Program-made: the position numbers and the translations under genes | The notes under the pieces: generated by a model | Database searches by the model: none | Seen by the model: the letters and a program-made list of their open reading frames with translations, nothing else | Told to the model about the DNA's origin: nothing | Part shown: positions 15,362-27,338 of the stretch, one piece after another | How the letters are laid out: each line of letters opens with the position of its first letter | Numbering within the stretch: the first letter of the stretch is position 1 | NCBI RefSeq assembly: GCF_036588685.1 | Contig: NC_086382.1 | Coordinates: 73,718,001-73,782,000 of the forward strand | Reading direction: 5' to 3' | DNA length: 64,000 bases | From: Mytilus trossulus | Taxonomy: Eukaryota

Positions 15362-16010
15362 ATAGTAGAGGGGCATTGAGTTTTCTGGTCTGTGCGTCCG
15401 ATCGTCCGTTCGTTCGTCCGTCCGGCTGTTCCGCTTCAGGTTAAAGTTTTTAAAGCACTTCGGTGTTGACATAATTATAATTACATGATCATTTTTTATA
15501 AATTTTCTTTTACAAAACTTGGAAAAACTAAAGATGATCTTATTCCAGGAATAGATTACCTAAGCCTTATTTGGTACAATATTTTGGAATTTTGGTTCCT
15601 CAATGCTCTTCAACTTTGTACTTGTTTGGCTTTATAACTTTTTTTATTAGAGCGTCACTGATGAGTCTTATGAAGACGAAACGCGCGTCCGGCGTATTAA
15701 ATTATAATCCTGGTACAATTGATAACTATTTTGTCAACTTGAAGGTGGTTTTTGATGAAGATGAATACGAATCAACTCAAAACCTAGGACGCAATCATGT
15801 TCCTTTTGATATGATCTATCTAATTTTATAGCAAAATTAGACTATTGACCCCAATTTCACGATCCAGTGCACATAGAAAATGAAAGTGCGAGCTTCAGGT
15901 TAAAGTTTTTGTTCAAGGTAGTTTTTGGTGGAGTTGAAGTCCAATTTCCTTGAAGCTTCGTTCATATGTTCCCTATGGTATGATCTGTCTTATTTGAATG
16001 CCAAATTAGA
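15362..16010 (+). mobile_element. Helentron/HINE (pearl-like) non-autonomous element interrupted by a retrozyme fragment (~15453-15731)
   Basis: ggggcattgag...tgcgtccg start, (GTCC/TTCG)n microsatellite, repeated gcttcaggttaaagttttt core at 15433 and 15892. Confidence 0.5.
15652..15695 (+). ncRNA. Type I hammerhead ribozyme motif ~415 nt upstream of the TLR-A coding exon
   Basis: gcgtca-CTGATGA-GTCTT-atg-AAGAC-GAAA-CGCGCG-TC-cggcgt; the stem I pair next to the core is an A.C mismatch. Confidence 0.7.
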
Positions 16011-16110
16011 TTGGTTTGTTTAAAGGATTTTGATTAACTGTGGTTTGTGTAGATCTTTTATTCGACTAGTATTTACATTTAGAATTATATTCATATGTAT
16101 TTTCTTGCAG

Positions 16111-19020
16111 CTACAAGTTATACAGAAGAAACGAAATGCAGCGTTCAAAATGATAATATTGATTGCAGCCATTTAGATTTGACAACAATACCCAGGCATC
16201 TTCCAGTAAACGCGACCAGTCTGAACTTAATTTGGAACAGTATCAAAATAGTCAAAAGCTTTTCTTTTAAGTCTTTGCGATACATTACATACCTTGATTT
16301 GGGAAGAAATGTTATAGAGTTAATCGAGATAAATGCTTTCCATGGCCTACATCGTCTACGAACTCTACATCTTCACGACAATGTTATCAATGTTTTTCCT
16401 GACGGCATGTTCGAAAGACTAAATGGTTTACAAGTTTTGTCAATTGATGGCAATAAACTAAAATATTTCCAAGATGATAAAATAACAAAAGTATCAAAGA
16501 TCGTGTCACTGACCACACTTTCGTTTGACGTTTATCCAGATTTCAAATTTCCCAGGCAATGGGGTACGTTAAGTAAGTTGACAGATTTGAGGATATTTGC
16601 TATGTCAGCAAAAGTAAAATTCAACAAGGCAATGTTCGTTCATGTTAATATGATGCAAACTACTGCTCTCTCCATAAACGTTGTGCCGTTCATTTCGGAA
16701 GATTTTTTCGAACATTTTCCTAAATTAGAGTCAATAACACTATCGATAGGTAGTGATTTACCGAACAATCCAATAGACCAAGTATTCAAATCTTTTGGAA
16801 TTTTTAGGGGAAAGAACATTTCAAACCTTGAAATAAGGTCTGGCAGATTTGATAATTGGTTTATTTTAAATTACAAGAGAATGAGGTATTTATGGTCAAT
16901 TTGTTTGAAACGACTGACATTGAATAATCTTTACATTAAAGATATACCTATATATGCGATGCAAGTATTTTGTATCAAAAGCACATGTCTCGAGTACCTG
17001 GAATTTTCTGACAATATCATGTTTGACCGAGGAGCTGCTGTAGTTGCAGTTATGAATAATTTAAAAAATTTGAAAGTTTTGAAAATTACAAGAAATTGGC
17101 GTAATTCGAGAAGAAAACGCTCACAACCATCAAAATTATATAATTTTGTACTTCCAAAAACTCTTGAAGAATTGTATATAGAACATAACATGGATGGTGA
17201 TATGGCCGATGTTGAAGTTGTAAACGGTTTCAATCTACGTGTGCTAAGCTTGAAGGACAATGAAATGTGGTCATGCATTGGAACTTTTACAGGAATTATA
17301 AATGTGGAGTATACCTCAATCTCTTGGAATTTTTAGGGGAAAGAACATTTCAAACCTTGAAATAAGGTCTGGCAGATTTGATAATGGGTTTATTTTAAAT
17401 TACAAGAGAATGAGGTATTTATGGTCAATTTGTTTGAAACGACTGACATTGAATAATCTCTACATTAAAGACATACTTATGTATGCGATGCAAGTATTTT
17501 CTATCAAAAGTACATGTCTCGAGTACTTGGAAATTTCTGAAAATACCCTCTTCGACAAAGGAAGTTCCGCTGTATTTTTTGAAGTGAAGAACTTAGAAAA
17601 TTTGAAAGTTTTAAAAATTATTAGAAATTGGCGTACTTCGAGATGTAAACGCTCGCAACCATCAAACTTATATAGTTTTGTGTTTCCAAAAACTCTTGAA
17701 GAATTGCACATAGAACATAACATGGCTGGTGATATGGCCAATGCCAAATTTAAACACAATGAAAATCTTCGTGTGTTGAGCTTAAAAGACAATGAAATGT
17801 GGTCATGCATTGGTAGTTTTACAGGAATTATAAATGTAGAGTATTTTGATATGTCTGGATGGAGATGCGAAAAGCTTTCTATTAACTTGCTTTATGGTTT
17901 CCCAAATTTGAAAACATTGAAAGCAAGTGGGTCACATTTAGGAAAAGGATTTGTAAACCTTACGGGAGCTGGGTCTTTCTTGAGTAAGAATCTGAAATTG
18001 CAAGATATTAATCTTTCGTCTAATAGGATAAGCAGTATACCAGATGGATTATTTTTGCGCCCGTTTGAGAAGTTATCATCAGTTAACATGTCGTATAACA
18101 ATCTCACAATATTTCCTAAGTTTCATGCAAGTATCAAAACATTGAAAATAATTGATTTAACCTTTAACAGTATTACACACTTCAATAATGAAAATATTAA
18201 ACGAATAAAAAAGCTTGGAGAAGTTAATTTACTGTTGAGAGGTAATCCCTTTCAATGTTCCTGTAAAACAATACAGTTTTTAAAATGGCTTAGTGAGACA
18301 AACCGAGTGCAAGATATATTAGATCTGACCTGTGAAACTGAAAAGGCTTCCAGAAGGTTTATGTCTGATGTTATTTCTAATCTAAAGACATTTGAGATGT
18401 CATGCCAAACTAAATTCTGGTTGCCGTTTGCTGTGTCTTTAACCTCCATTATCATATTTTCTATGATATTAACCGTCGTATTCTTTCGATATAAATATGC
18501 TGTTGAGTACTTATTATTGCGATTAAAAATGAAAATGAGAAACTACAAGGAACTGACACAGGACTATTATTATGATGCTTTTATATCATATAGTCATACA
18601 GATTTGGAGTGGATTAAACAGTTCCATGACAAGATAAGCAATATGGGCTTCGAATTATGTCTGGACGCTAAGAATTTTATTGGCGGTAAACCTATAGCAG
18701 AAAACGTGCTCAATGCCATCGATTCCAGTAGAAAGGTTATATTCGTTGTGACTCACAATTTCTTAAAGAGTGAATGGGGCTCTTATGAAATGGAAATGAC
18801 CCGTATGCATGCTTTTCAGAAGGGGAGAGAAGATATGGTGATTGTTGTCGTAAAAGATAATATTAAGATAACCGATATGCCGGATGTGATGAAGAATATG
18901 TGGTTTAAAATAACATGTATTCAATGGCCAGATGATGACAACCTGCCATACAATACGGAGGAAATATTTTATGAAAAGATGAAAATGTCTCTGAAAATGA
19001 AGGAAGAAACTACTATATAA
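16111..19020 (+). pseudogene. TLR-A: single-cysteine-cluster Toll-like receptor, chimeric with an out-of-frame internal ~530-bp repeat (ORFs 16095-17336 and 17302-19020)
   Basis: Phase-1 acceptor ttttcttgcag|16111; LRRNT, LRRs, LRRCT NPFQCSC, TM FWLPFAVSLTSIIIFSMILTVVFF and TIR YDAFISYS; frame breaks at ~17315; signal-peptide exon not identified. Confidence 0.85.
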
Positions 19021-20289
19021 TATTCCAGAAGTTCAGCATAAAAAGTTTGCCATCATTTCAGAATAATTATCAAATTTGGGTAAAAAAACGTTGGTTAGTA
19101 GACATTTTATGTTTTTATAGATGTGCTATGAACCCTGACACAAGAAAGAGAAGAAGTAGAACGTATCTCCAGTCTATGATTCGTATATAAATGTGGTCAT
19201 ATTCTTAACTTTGTTGCTCTTGTATTCTCGTAAGTGTATCACATACTTGTTTTCATTTTGATTGTGTTATAAATCATTTTTTAAATTTTTTGCACGGTCA
19301 AACTTTTGGTTATGATTTTTCTTGTGATTGATATAACAGAAACACGTGTTGTACTCATAGAATATATTTGTTTTATTGTTGTTTGTTAGAAATATATATC
19401 AGAATCAGATATGTATCTAATAGGTTATTATGGATAAGAACATTATCAGTAGGAACAACATAATATTTACGCAATACTTGTTTTAGATTGATTGTGTTTA
19501 ACGTATTGTTTAGCTTATTGCAAATTTAGTGTCAGTCAGTTTCTGTTTGTGAAGGAAACCAAAGTACACAGAGAGAACAATCGAGTTTGTATTCTGTTTT
19601 AAGTGTGTTAACTTCTTATGCAAATTAGCTAACCCATCCGCGACGCATATAAGATAAACATTCCTATCGATTATCGAAACCTGGTGTGCTGTTGTTAATT
19701 CATTGAATGTGTCCGCTGTAATTCTGCAGTACAGTGTAATAAGTACTGTTATGTTTTTTCAGTTATGTACTTCTCTGTGCTAAGTTCTGTTGTTTGTACC
19801 GCATTCCTGTTACGTAGTGTGTCAATTAACCGATATGTTAAACATTGATATATACGCAAGAGTTAACAAAACAACCAGGTGCAACCAACTTTGTATCTGT
19901 AAAATGTAAAACATGGCAGTTGTTATCTAAAGTCTGTTTCTACGTATTTTAGCGCTTATTTTGTAGCTCAATGGTTTAGTTGTTCCGTTTTTGTTCCCCC
20001 GCTTTTATTTAACGTGTTTCCCTCGGTTTTAGCTTTTGACCCGAAAATGTGTTTGCGTGTAAGACTATGTTATGTGATTTCACATGTTATATCATAAAAA
20101 ATAAAACTATCTAAAACAATTTTCATTTGGAAATAATGCATCAAGTTACATCTAAATACTTATTTTTAAATCTAAAACAAAAATGCTATTGTTGGCTGTT
20201 TTTGCAATTTAGCATTTTAATGCAAGAAGTTTGAATATATTCAGTTAATTTGTTTACACCATTCAGAAGTATTTAACCAAGGAAAAATG

Positions 20290-21600
20290 GACGAAAGATT
20301 ACGATATGACATTAAACCTCATAAATCAAAAATGCACTACGCCATAGTTAAAAATTAATAAGACCTATAGACAAACATTAGTAAAGAAAACAAAACGTAG
20401 AAAACTAAAGACTCAAAAACACGAGCCCACAAACAACTGGGATTGATCTCATGTGCTTTGAAAGGGTATGCACTGCTAATCTGTAGGAGGAACCATACGT
20501 GTTGATCATGGAAACAGGCTTGTAGTGACTACATTAAGAACATATCCGCTAGTATCTGCGGAAAGGATATTCCACAACAGTGTTTCAAATCTTCCCAAAA
20601 CTTAATGATTTTAACTTTATCCCTTGCAACTGTTTATACATACACAAATACCAGATGTACATGTTAGTCAAGACATGGGGCATATTTAACTGTATCTGCG
20701 GTATTCTTTATATCAAGTTTGATGGCATAGATGCGTTCAACGTAGTCAACCATTTAGTAAAGCATAAAGTAAGGTGAATGATTCTTCCTTCCGAACCAGA
20801 ACCTGAATGAAGACAGTCGCATACAAAGAAAAAGTCAGCAAGAATAGGGGAACAGTTTATGTCTATTCGAATGACAATTGTGTGTTTAAAAAAACTTGCT
20901 CCAAACGTAACAAATATGTTGTTACTCAAGAAATGAATCATCTGTTTTATTACAGATTTAGAGAATTTTTTTTTTGAATTAGAGTGATGATTTACAATTT
21001 AGAACAAAACACGATAGTTGTTTATATTTAGGCCATTGTTTTTTTATAAAACAAAGCAGAACCAACTCGTTCATGTTTACATAAGTGTTGAATGGGAAAT
21101 ACTTGCAAAGTGTATAAACGTCAAATGTTTTAATACTTTTGCCAGATGAAAGAGCATTCTGAGGATGTATGTACTCTAAAAGATTTTTAAAATATTTGAG
21201 TATCCTCATCTGGTGCACATCACCTAATTTAATTAATTACACAATGTATTTTAATACCCGCTTTACTTGCTGATAAATATGACGTTGCTAATTTAGAAAG
21301 AGGTTTCGTGAAAAACTCAGCAATATACTGTTGATTGTAAGGACACTTTACAGTTTAGGTATCCACTACAGAGATTGAAGATCTAGTTGAAATTCTAACG
21401 AAAGAAAGAACATGATATTTATAAAGGGGTTTTACCGTTCTTTAAATCAAGCATGATGAAAATAAAATCGAATTCATGTTAAATGTTTCGCTTTTAATCC
21501 AGTCATACGATACAAAATAAATGTAATTACAACTTCGTATGAATACGGCAGATTAGAGAAAAAACTCATTGTAATGTGCATCAATTAAATGCAAGTGGGG
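20290..21600 (-). mobile_element. Highly decayed Penelope-like RT element
   Basis: IKTFDVYTL and FLSNNIFVTFG...NCSPILADFF in the short minus-strand ORFs; 3' tail resembles family 1. Confidence 0.55.
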
Positions 21601-22825
21601 TAAACAGTATATATACAAGGAAGGCCACAATTATACTCCCTAAATTTCGCAATTGAACTTTTTCATGATGTAATATCGGAGTTTATAAAGACAAATCACA
21701 AAGCCATTGAACTAAAAAAAAAAGGAAACGTCAAATCGGTGGGTCCCTTATCAAATGACAATGAGTCAAAAGAGCAAACACATCAAACGAATGGACATTA
21801 ACTGTCATATTCCGGACTTGCATTTTTATTAAATGAATTTTTGCATGTAGAAATGGTTGAATTAACCTGGTTTCATGGCTAGGTTAACATGACATTTGTA
21901 TGTTACAGCCGACTTTAAGACATGGTTTTTTCTCTAATTGTTGAAGGCTGTACGGATGCCTTAAATTTTTGACTTCCACATTATTTGAATTTTGATGGAT
22001 AGTTGTTTCATTGAAAATCATACAAAATGTATTTTGATCAACGCTTCAACACCCACATAAAATTATAAAAACCACAATTTAATTTTTATGTAAAGCAAAA
22101 CGGATTGAACAGACTTAACTGGTAATTGCCTTTTCTTTTCCTTTAAATATAAAACAAATGATAAAAATTGCTCACATTCACTTTATGTGATCTTTGGCTG
22201 ACAGCTGTGTCATTGGCAATAGTACTACATCTCCTATCTATTTCGTATATATCATTTGTTTGGCAGGGTTTTTGTTTTGATTTTTTTTTTGGGGGGGGAA
22301 GGGGTACTTTCATCTTTAAGAACAAAATACATAATTTTGATTTCTACTTATTCCTATTTTTTGTTGTCCGGTTGATATTTTTCTACGGTTTCAGTATTTT
22401 ACAGACACACATTCGGAGTAAGTGTTTTTGACTTCGTCAAATGTTTCTCATCATCTTAGCTTTCATAAGCAGGACGACAAATACGCAATGTATAAACAGA
22501 GTTGTTTGTCTGTTAAAAAGGAAGAGTTTGGTATGAGGAAACGATCGAATTACTGTGCTACAACTTTTTAACATTTAACATGTACAATGAAATATCAAAA
22601 AAACCAACATTATTGAACGTAATACTTTGAATGACGATTAAAAATGCATTCATGGTGTGTCCTTTTGACTTTAAAAAATCTAGGTAAGCACTGCCTACTT
22701 ATATTAAAATAGTACTATACACAGGGAAATTGATAGATATGTGACATGATTTGGTCTGCATACAAAACACTGATATTAGTATAAGTTCACTTAAATTTTC
22801 TCTCAATCATTTAGATTAAAGAATC

Positions 22826-25800
22826 ATGAACATTCTTAAGATTATACTTCTTTGGATCTTAACAGCCTTAAAAGAAGGTAAATTAATTCATTTATTTTAA
22901 TTATTACTATATTTCCAGTGGATATTCAGTTGACCATTGATGACTGTTTAAGGTTACGACCATGAACATTTGATGTATACGATGTCTTGAATAGTTTACA
23001 AAACACTTACACTTACACTTTTATCTTCATGCTTGATGATCAAAACAACACAATGTGTCTGTGTTTGGTATTGTCTTTGCATTTTGTACGGTTAAATATA
23101 TTTGTATTATTTAAGCGGTTTTTATATGTGACTTACACACAGGAGCTAGAAGTTTTTGCTTTACGATATATACTAGTATAGATTAAAAATTTACAAATAT
23201 GTTATGTTCTACATTGGTCAATATTATAGGTTTTGAATTCTTAAAGGGACACTAGCTACTAGAAATGTAAGAGAAAAATTAAGAATGATTGTATTGGTTC
23301 AATCATTTATAAAATACTTCAGATATGAACTTCTTTGGAAGAATGATAAGAAGTTAGCAATATCCTCTTACTCTACATTCCGCTATATAGATGATGTTCT
23401 TTCACTAAATAATTTAAAGATAAAGGATACTACAGATACAGTTATATTGGCCTCATATATTGACTTACATCTAGAAATTGACAATGAGAGTCTGTTGAAA
23501 ATAAAACTTTACGACAAAAGAGATGATTTCAGCTTTCCAATTGTGAACATTCCAGCAGCACTTGCAAACGGGATATATATCTCCCAATTTATACAATATT
23601 CCCGTGCTTGCATTTCCTATCATGATCAGGATCTGCCTACCCTTCCGGAGCACATGAGATCACCCCTAGTTTTGATGGGGTTCGTGTTGCTTATTCTTTA
23701 GTTTTATATGTTGTGTCATGTGTACTATTGTTTTTCTGTTTTTTTTTTTAATTTAAGCCATGGCGTTTTCAGTTTATTTTAGATTTATGAGTTTGACTGT
23801 CCTTTTGGTATCTTTCTCGTCCCTCTTTTGTACCATTTTGTTTCTTTTTTCAAATTAAGCAAAACATTCAGGATGATTTATTTACTTCTGACCGAATAAT
23901 TCGACCTCATTGAATCCATATTCATGTGAACTAAAATTTATAACCCCTTAGCTAAAGATTGTTAACTCAATCATTAGTCATGCTAGGTTATTTATAGGGA
24001 AGGATGTCAACATTGAAATGGGAAACAAAGGTAAGTCATTTTATTGACTGAATCGATCCACAAAAGATCATTCTTATACAGGTAATAGCGATGATTACGA
24101 CATATTTGTAATCTATAATAAGAAATTAAACAGACCAACGCCGTCGCGATTAAATAACACACAAAGCGAAGCTACGCATTAGCGAGCCTTTGCCCTACAA
24201 ATTGTTTATTTAAAGGATTTTATAACTTGAATTATCGGATTATGAATCAAATATGAGATTTTGAATCAAATCAATGAGCAAGTATTTGACAGGTAATGCC
24301 GCGTTAACCAATACGAAAAGAGTTGTTACAAATTTTCTTTTTGGTTTATCTGAAGGATTTTGATTTACTGTTATTAGAATAAGTTTTGTAAAGATCTTTT
24401 ATTTGACTAGTATTTACATAAAAAAATATATCAATACTTATATTCTTTCAGCTAAAGGTAATAGCAATGTAACGAAATGCAGCGTTCAAAACACCATTGT
24501 TGATTGTTGCAATTTAGCTTTCAACACAATACCCAGGCACCTACCAGTAAACGCGACGAATCTGGACTTAAGTAGAAACAGCATCAAAATAGTCAAAGGC
24601 TTTACCTTTCAGTCTTTGCGTTACCTCACCGACCTTAGTTTGGAAAGAAATGGTATACAGTTAATCGAGAAAAATGCTTTCCATGGGTTACATCGTCTAC
24701 AGAGTCTACATCTCAGATCCAATTTTATAAAATTATTTCCCGACGACCTGTTTGACAGACTGAATGGTTTGCAAGAGTTGTTAATTGACGGCAATAAACT
24801 ACAATACTTACAAGATAATGAGATAACAAAAATATTAAACATGTTAAAAATCATGTCATTGAGGAAATTTTCGTTTGACATATATCCAAATTTCAAATTT
24901 CCCAGTCAATGTGGTACGTTAGGTAAGTTGACAGATTTGCGGATTTACGCTAGGTCCAATTCAAAAAGGCAATGTTCGCTCATGTTAACGGGATGTCAAT
25001 AATGTCTATCTCCATAGTTATTGTGCCGTGTATATCGGAAGATTTTTTCGAACATTTTCCTAAATTAGAACCATTAAAACTTTCGATAGGTAGTGATTTA
25101 CCTAAAAATCCAATAGACCAAGTATTCAAATCTTTTGGAGTTTTCCATGGACGAAACATGATAAATATTGAAATAAGGATCGGCAGATTTGATAATGGGT
25201 TTAATTTAAATAACCAGAGAGTGAAGTATTTATGGTCAATTTGTTTGAAACGACTAACTTTGAGTGACTTATATATTAAAGACATATCTATATATGCGCT
25301 GCAAGTATTTTCTCTTCGAAGTACATGTCTTGAGTACCTGGAAATTTCCGAAAATTCTATCATGGACGAAGGAGGTACTTTCATTACACTTATTCAGAAC
25401 TTTAAAAATTTGAAAGTTTTTAAATATATAAGTAATTGGCGTCGTTCGAGAGGTAAACGCTCGCCTCCATTAAGATTATATATATTTATATTCGTATTGC
25501 CAAAAACTCTTCAAGAGCTTTATATAGAAGATAACATTGCGACTAAATTGACCAATGTTGAAATTATAAACGGCCATAATCTTCGTGTGTTCAGCTTGAG
25601 GGACAATGTCATCAGGTCATGTAAAGGTGGCTTTACAGGAACTATACATGTAGAGTATTTTGATATGTCTAGGTGGACATGCAAAAAGCTGTCATTTAAA
25701 TTATTATATGGTTTTCCTAATTTGAAAACGTTGAAAGCAATTGGGTCACTTCTAGGCCCTGGATTTGTCAACACTGCTGGAGCTGGGTCTTTCTTGAGTA

Positions 25801-26879
25801 AGAATCTGAAATTGCAAGATATTAATCTTTCGTCTAATAAGATAAACAGTATACCAGATGGACTTTTTGTGCGGCGGTTTGAACAGTTATTATCAGTTAA
25901 CATGTCGTATAACAACCTAACAATATTTCCTAAATTTCATGCAAGCATCAAAACATTAAAGATAATTGATTTGACATTTAACAGTATAACACATCTCAAT
26001 AACAAAGACATTAAACAAATTGAAAAGCTCGGAGAAGTTGACATATTCCTGAAAGGAAATCCCTTTCAATGTTCCTGTAAGACATTACAGTTTTTAAAGT
26101 TTTTAAGTCAATCCAAACGAGTACCGGATTTCTTAGATCTGACCTGTGTAACTGAAAAGGCTTCCAGAAGGTTTATGTCTGAAGTTATTTCCAACCTTAA
26201 GACATTTGAGATTTCCTGCAAAACGAAATTCTGGTTGCCGTTTGCTGTGTCTATAACTTCCGTTATCGTACTTTCCATAACAATAACTGTCGTATTCTTT
26301 CGATATAAATATGTTGTTGAGTACTTTGTATTGCGATTTAAAATGAAAATGAGAAATTACAAAGAATTGAGGAAGCAGTATGCGTATGATGCTTTTATAT
26401 CATACAGTCATGCAGATTCAGAATGGGTTAAAGATTTCTATGATATGGTAAATAGTATGGGCCTCGAATTATGTCTGGACGCCAAGGACTTTATTGCTGG
26501 TAACAGTATAGCAGAAAATGTGGTCAATGCAATCGATTCCAGCAGAAAGGTTATATTTATTATAACTCATAATTTTCTAAGGAGTACTTGGGGGTCATAT
26601 GAAATGGAAATGACCCGTATGCATGCTTTTCAGAAAGGAAGAGAAGACATGGTGATTGTTGTTGTAAAGGATGAGATAAAGATAACAGATATGCCGGAAA
26701 TATTAAAGATAATGTGGTCTAAAATTACATGTATCCAATGGCCAAACGATGACAATCTGCCATACAATACGGAGGAAATATTCTATGAAAAGATTAAAAT
26801 GTCTCTGAAAAAGAAGGAAGAAAGTACTTTACTGTATCTAGAAATTCAGTTGTATAGAACATTTTTCGTCATTTCCTAA
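22826..26879 (+). CDS. TLR-B: Toll-like receptor with a 10-bp frameshift deletion at 24956/24957 (exon 1 22826-22877, exon 2 from 24452); pseudogene, soluble 200-aa LRR product, or splice-rescued 794-aa receptor
   Basis: Signal exon MNILKIILLWILTALKE-G|gtaaat (phase 1); acceptor tctttcag|24452; ggctaaagta missing relative to TLR-D 41271-41280; full LRRCT-TM-TIR in ORF 24972-26879; 1-nt deletion near the C-terminus. Confidence 0.85.
23245..24196. mobile_element. TTAA-flanked non-autonomous DNA transposon (Kolobok-like) in the TLR-B intron
   Basis: ttaa|agggacactagc ... tgccct; homologous copy at the same intron position in TLR-D (39940-40502). Confidence 0.5.
23328..23830 (+). mobile_element. 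Internally deleted Penelope-like family 1 fragment nested in the intronic DNA transposon
   Basis: FRYIDDVLSLNN, KLYDKRDDF and the shared 3' tail; absent from the homologous TLR-D intron. Confidence 0.8.
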
Positions 26880-27159
26880 CAATACTAATATTAGAATTGC
26901 GAAACATTTCTTTGGTGAGTAGCAATTCTGTGTATATAGCTGTGATAAAAACAATTATACAAGAGAGACTTTAAAGTGGTCAAACGAAGGCTTAAACTTG
27001 TTTAAAGATGTAGTTGTATTCCAAATACTACTTTGCAATTTATCACACGGTTTATATGTTGTCTTACAGTTTACTTGTATACTCTTTAGCGTCTTTCAAT
27101 GTTGTATTTATATTAATTGTGCTATTAATCGTTTCTGTTTTTTGCACGGTCAATTGTTG

Positions 27160-27338
27160 CTTCAGTTTCTAGCGTCTACAAAATAACAATGAAATAAAAA
27201 TTTTACTTATTACCTTATGCTTTTTATTAGAGCAACACATTCGTTATTAAAAATTGTTCAGTTTAAGATTGCTTGTAGGATTCTACCATGTCATTCATTT
27301 TTATTTCATTGTTATTTTGTAGACGCTAGAAACTGAAG
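27160..27338. repeat. Perfect 42-bp inverted repeat with a 95-nt spacer downstream of TLR-B
   Basis: cttcagtttctagcgtctacaaaataacaatgaaataaaaat (27160-27201) and its exact reverse complement (27297-27338). Confidence 0.9.

Noticed and set aside
17270-17336. 67-nt intron that would restore the TLR-A frame (tg|gtcatg...tttttag|)
   Set aside because: Phase-compatible, but the donor is very weak
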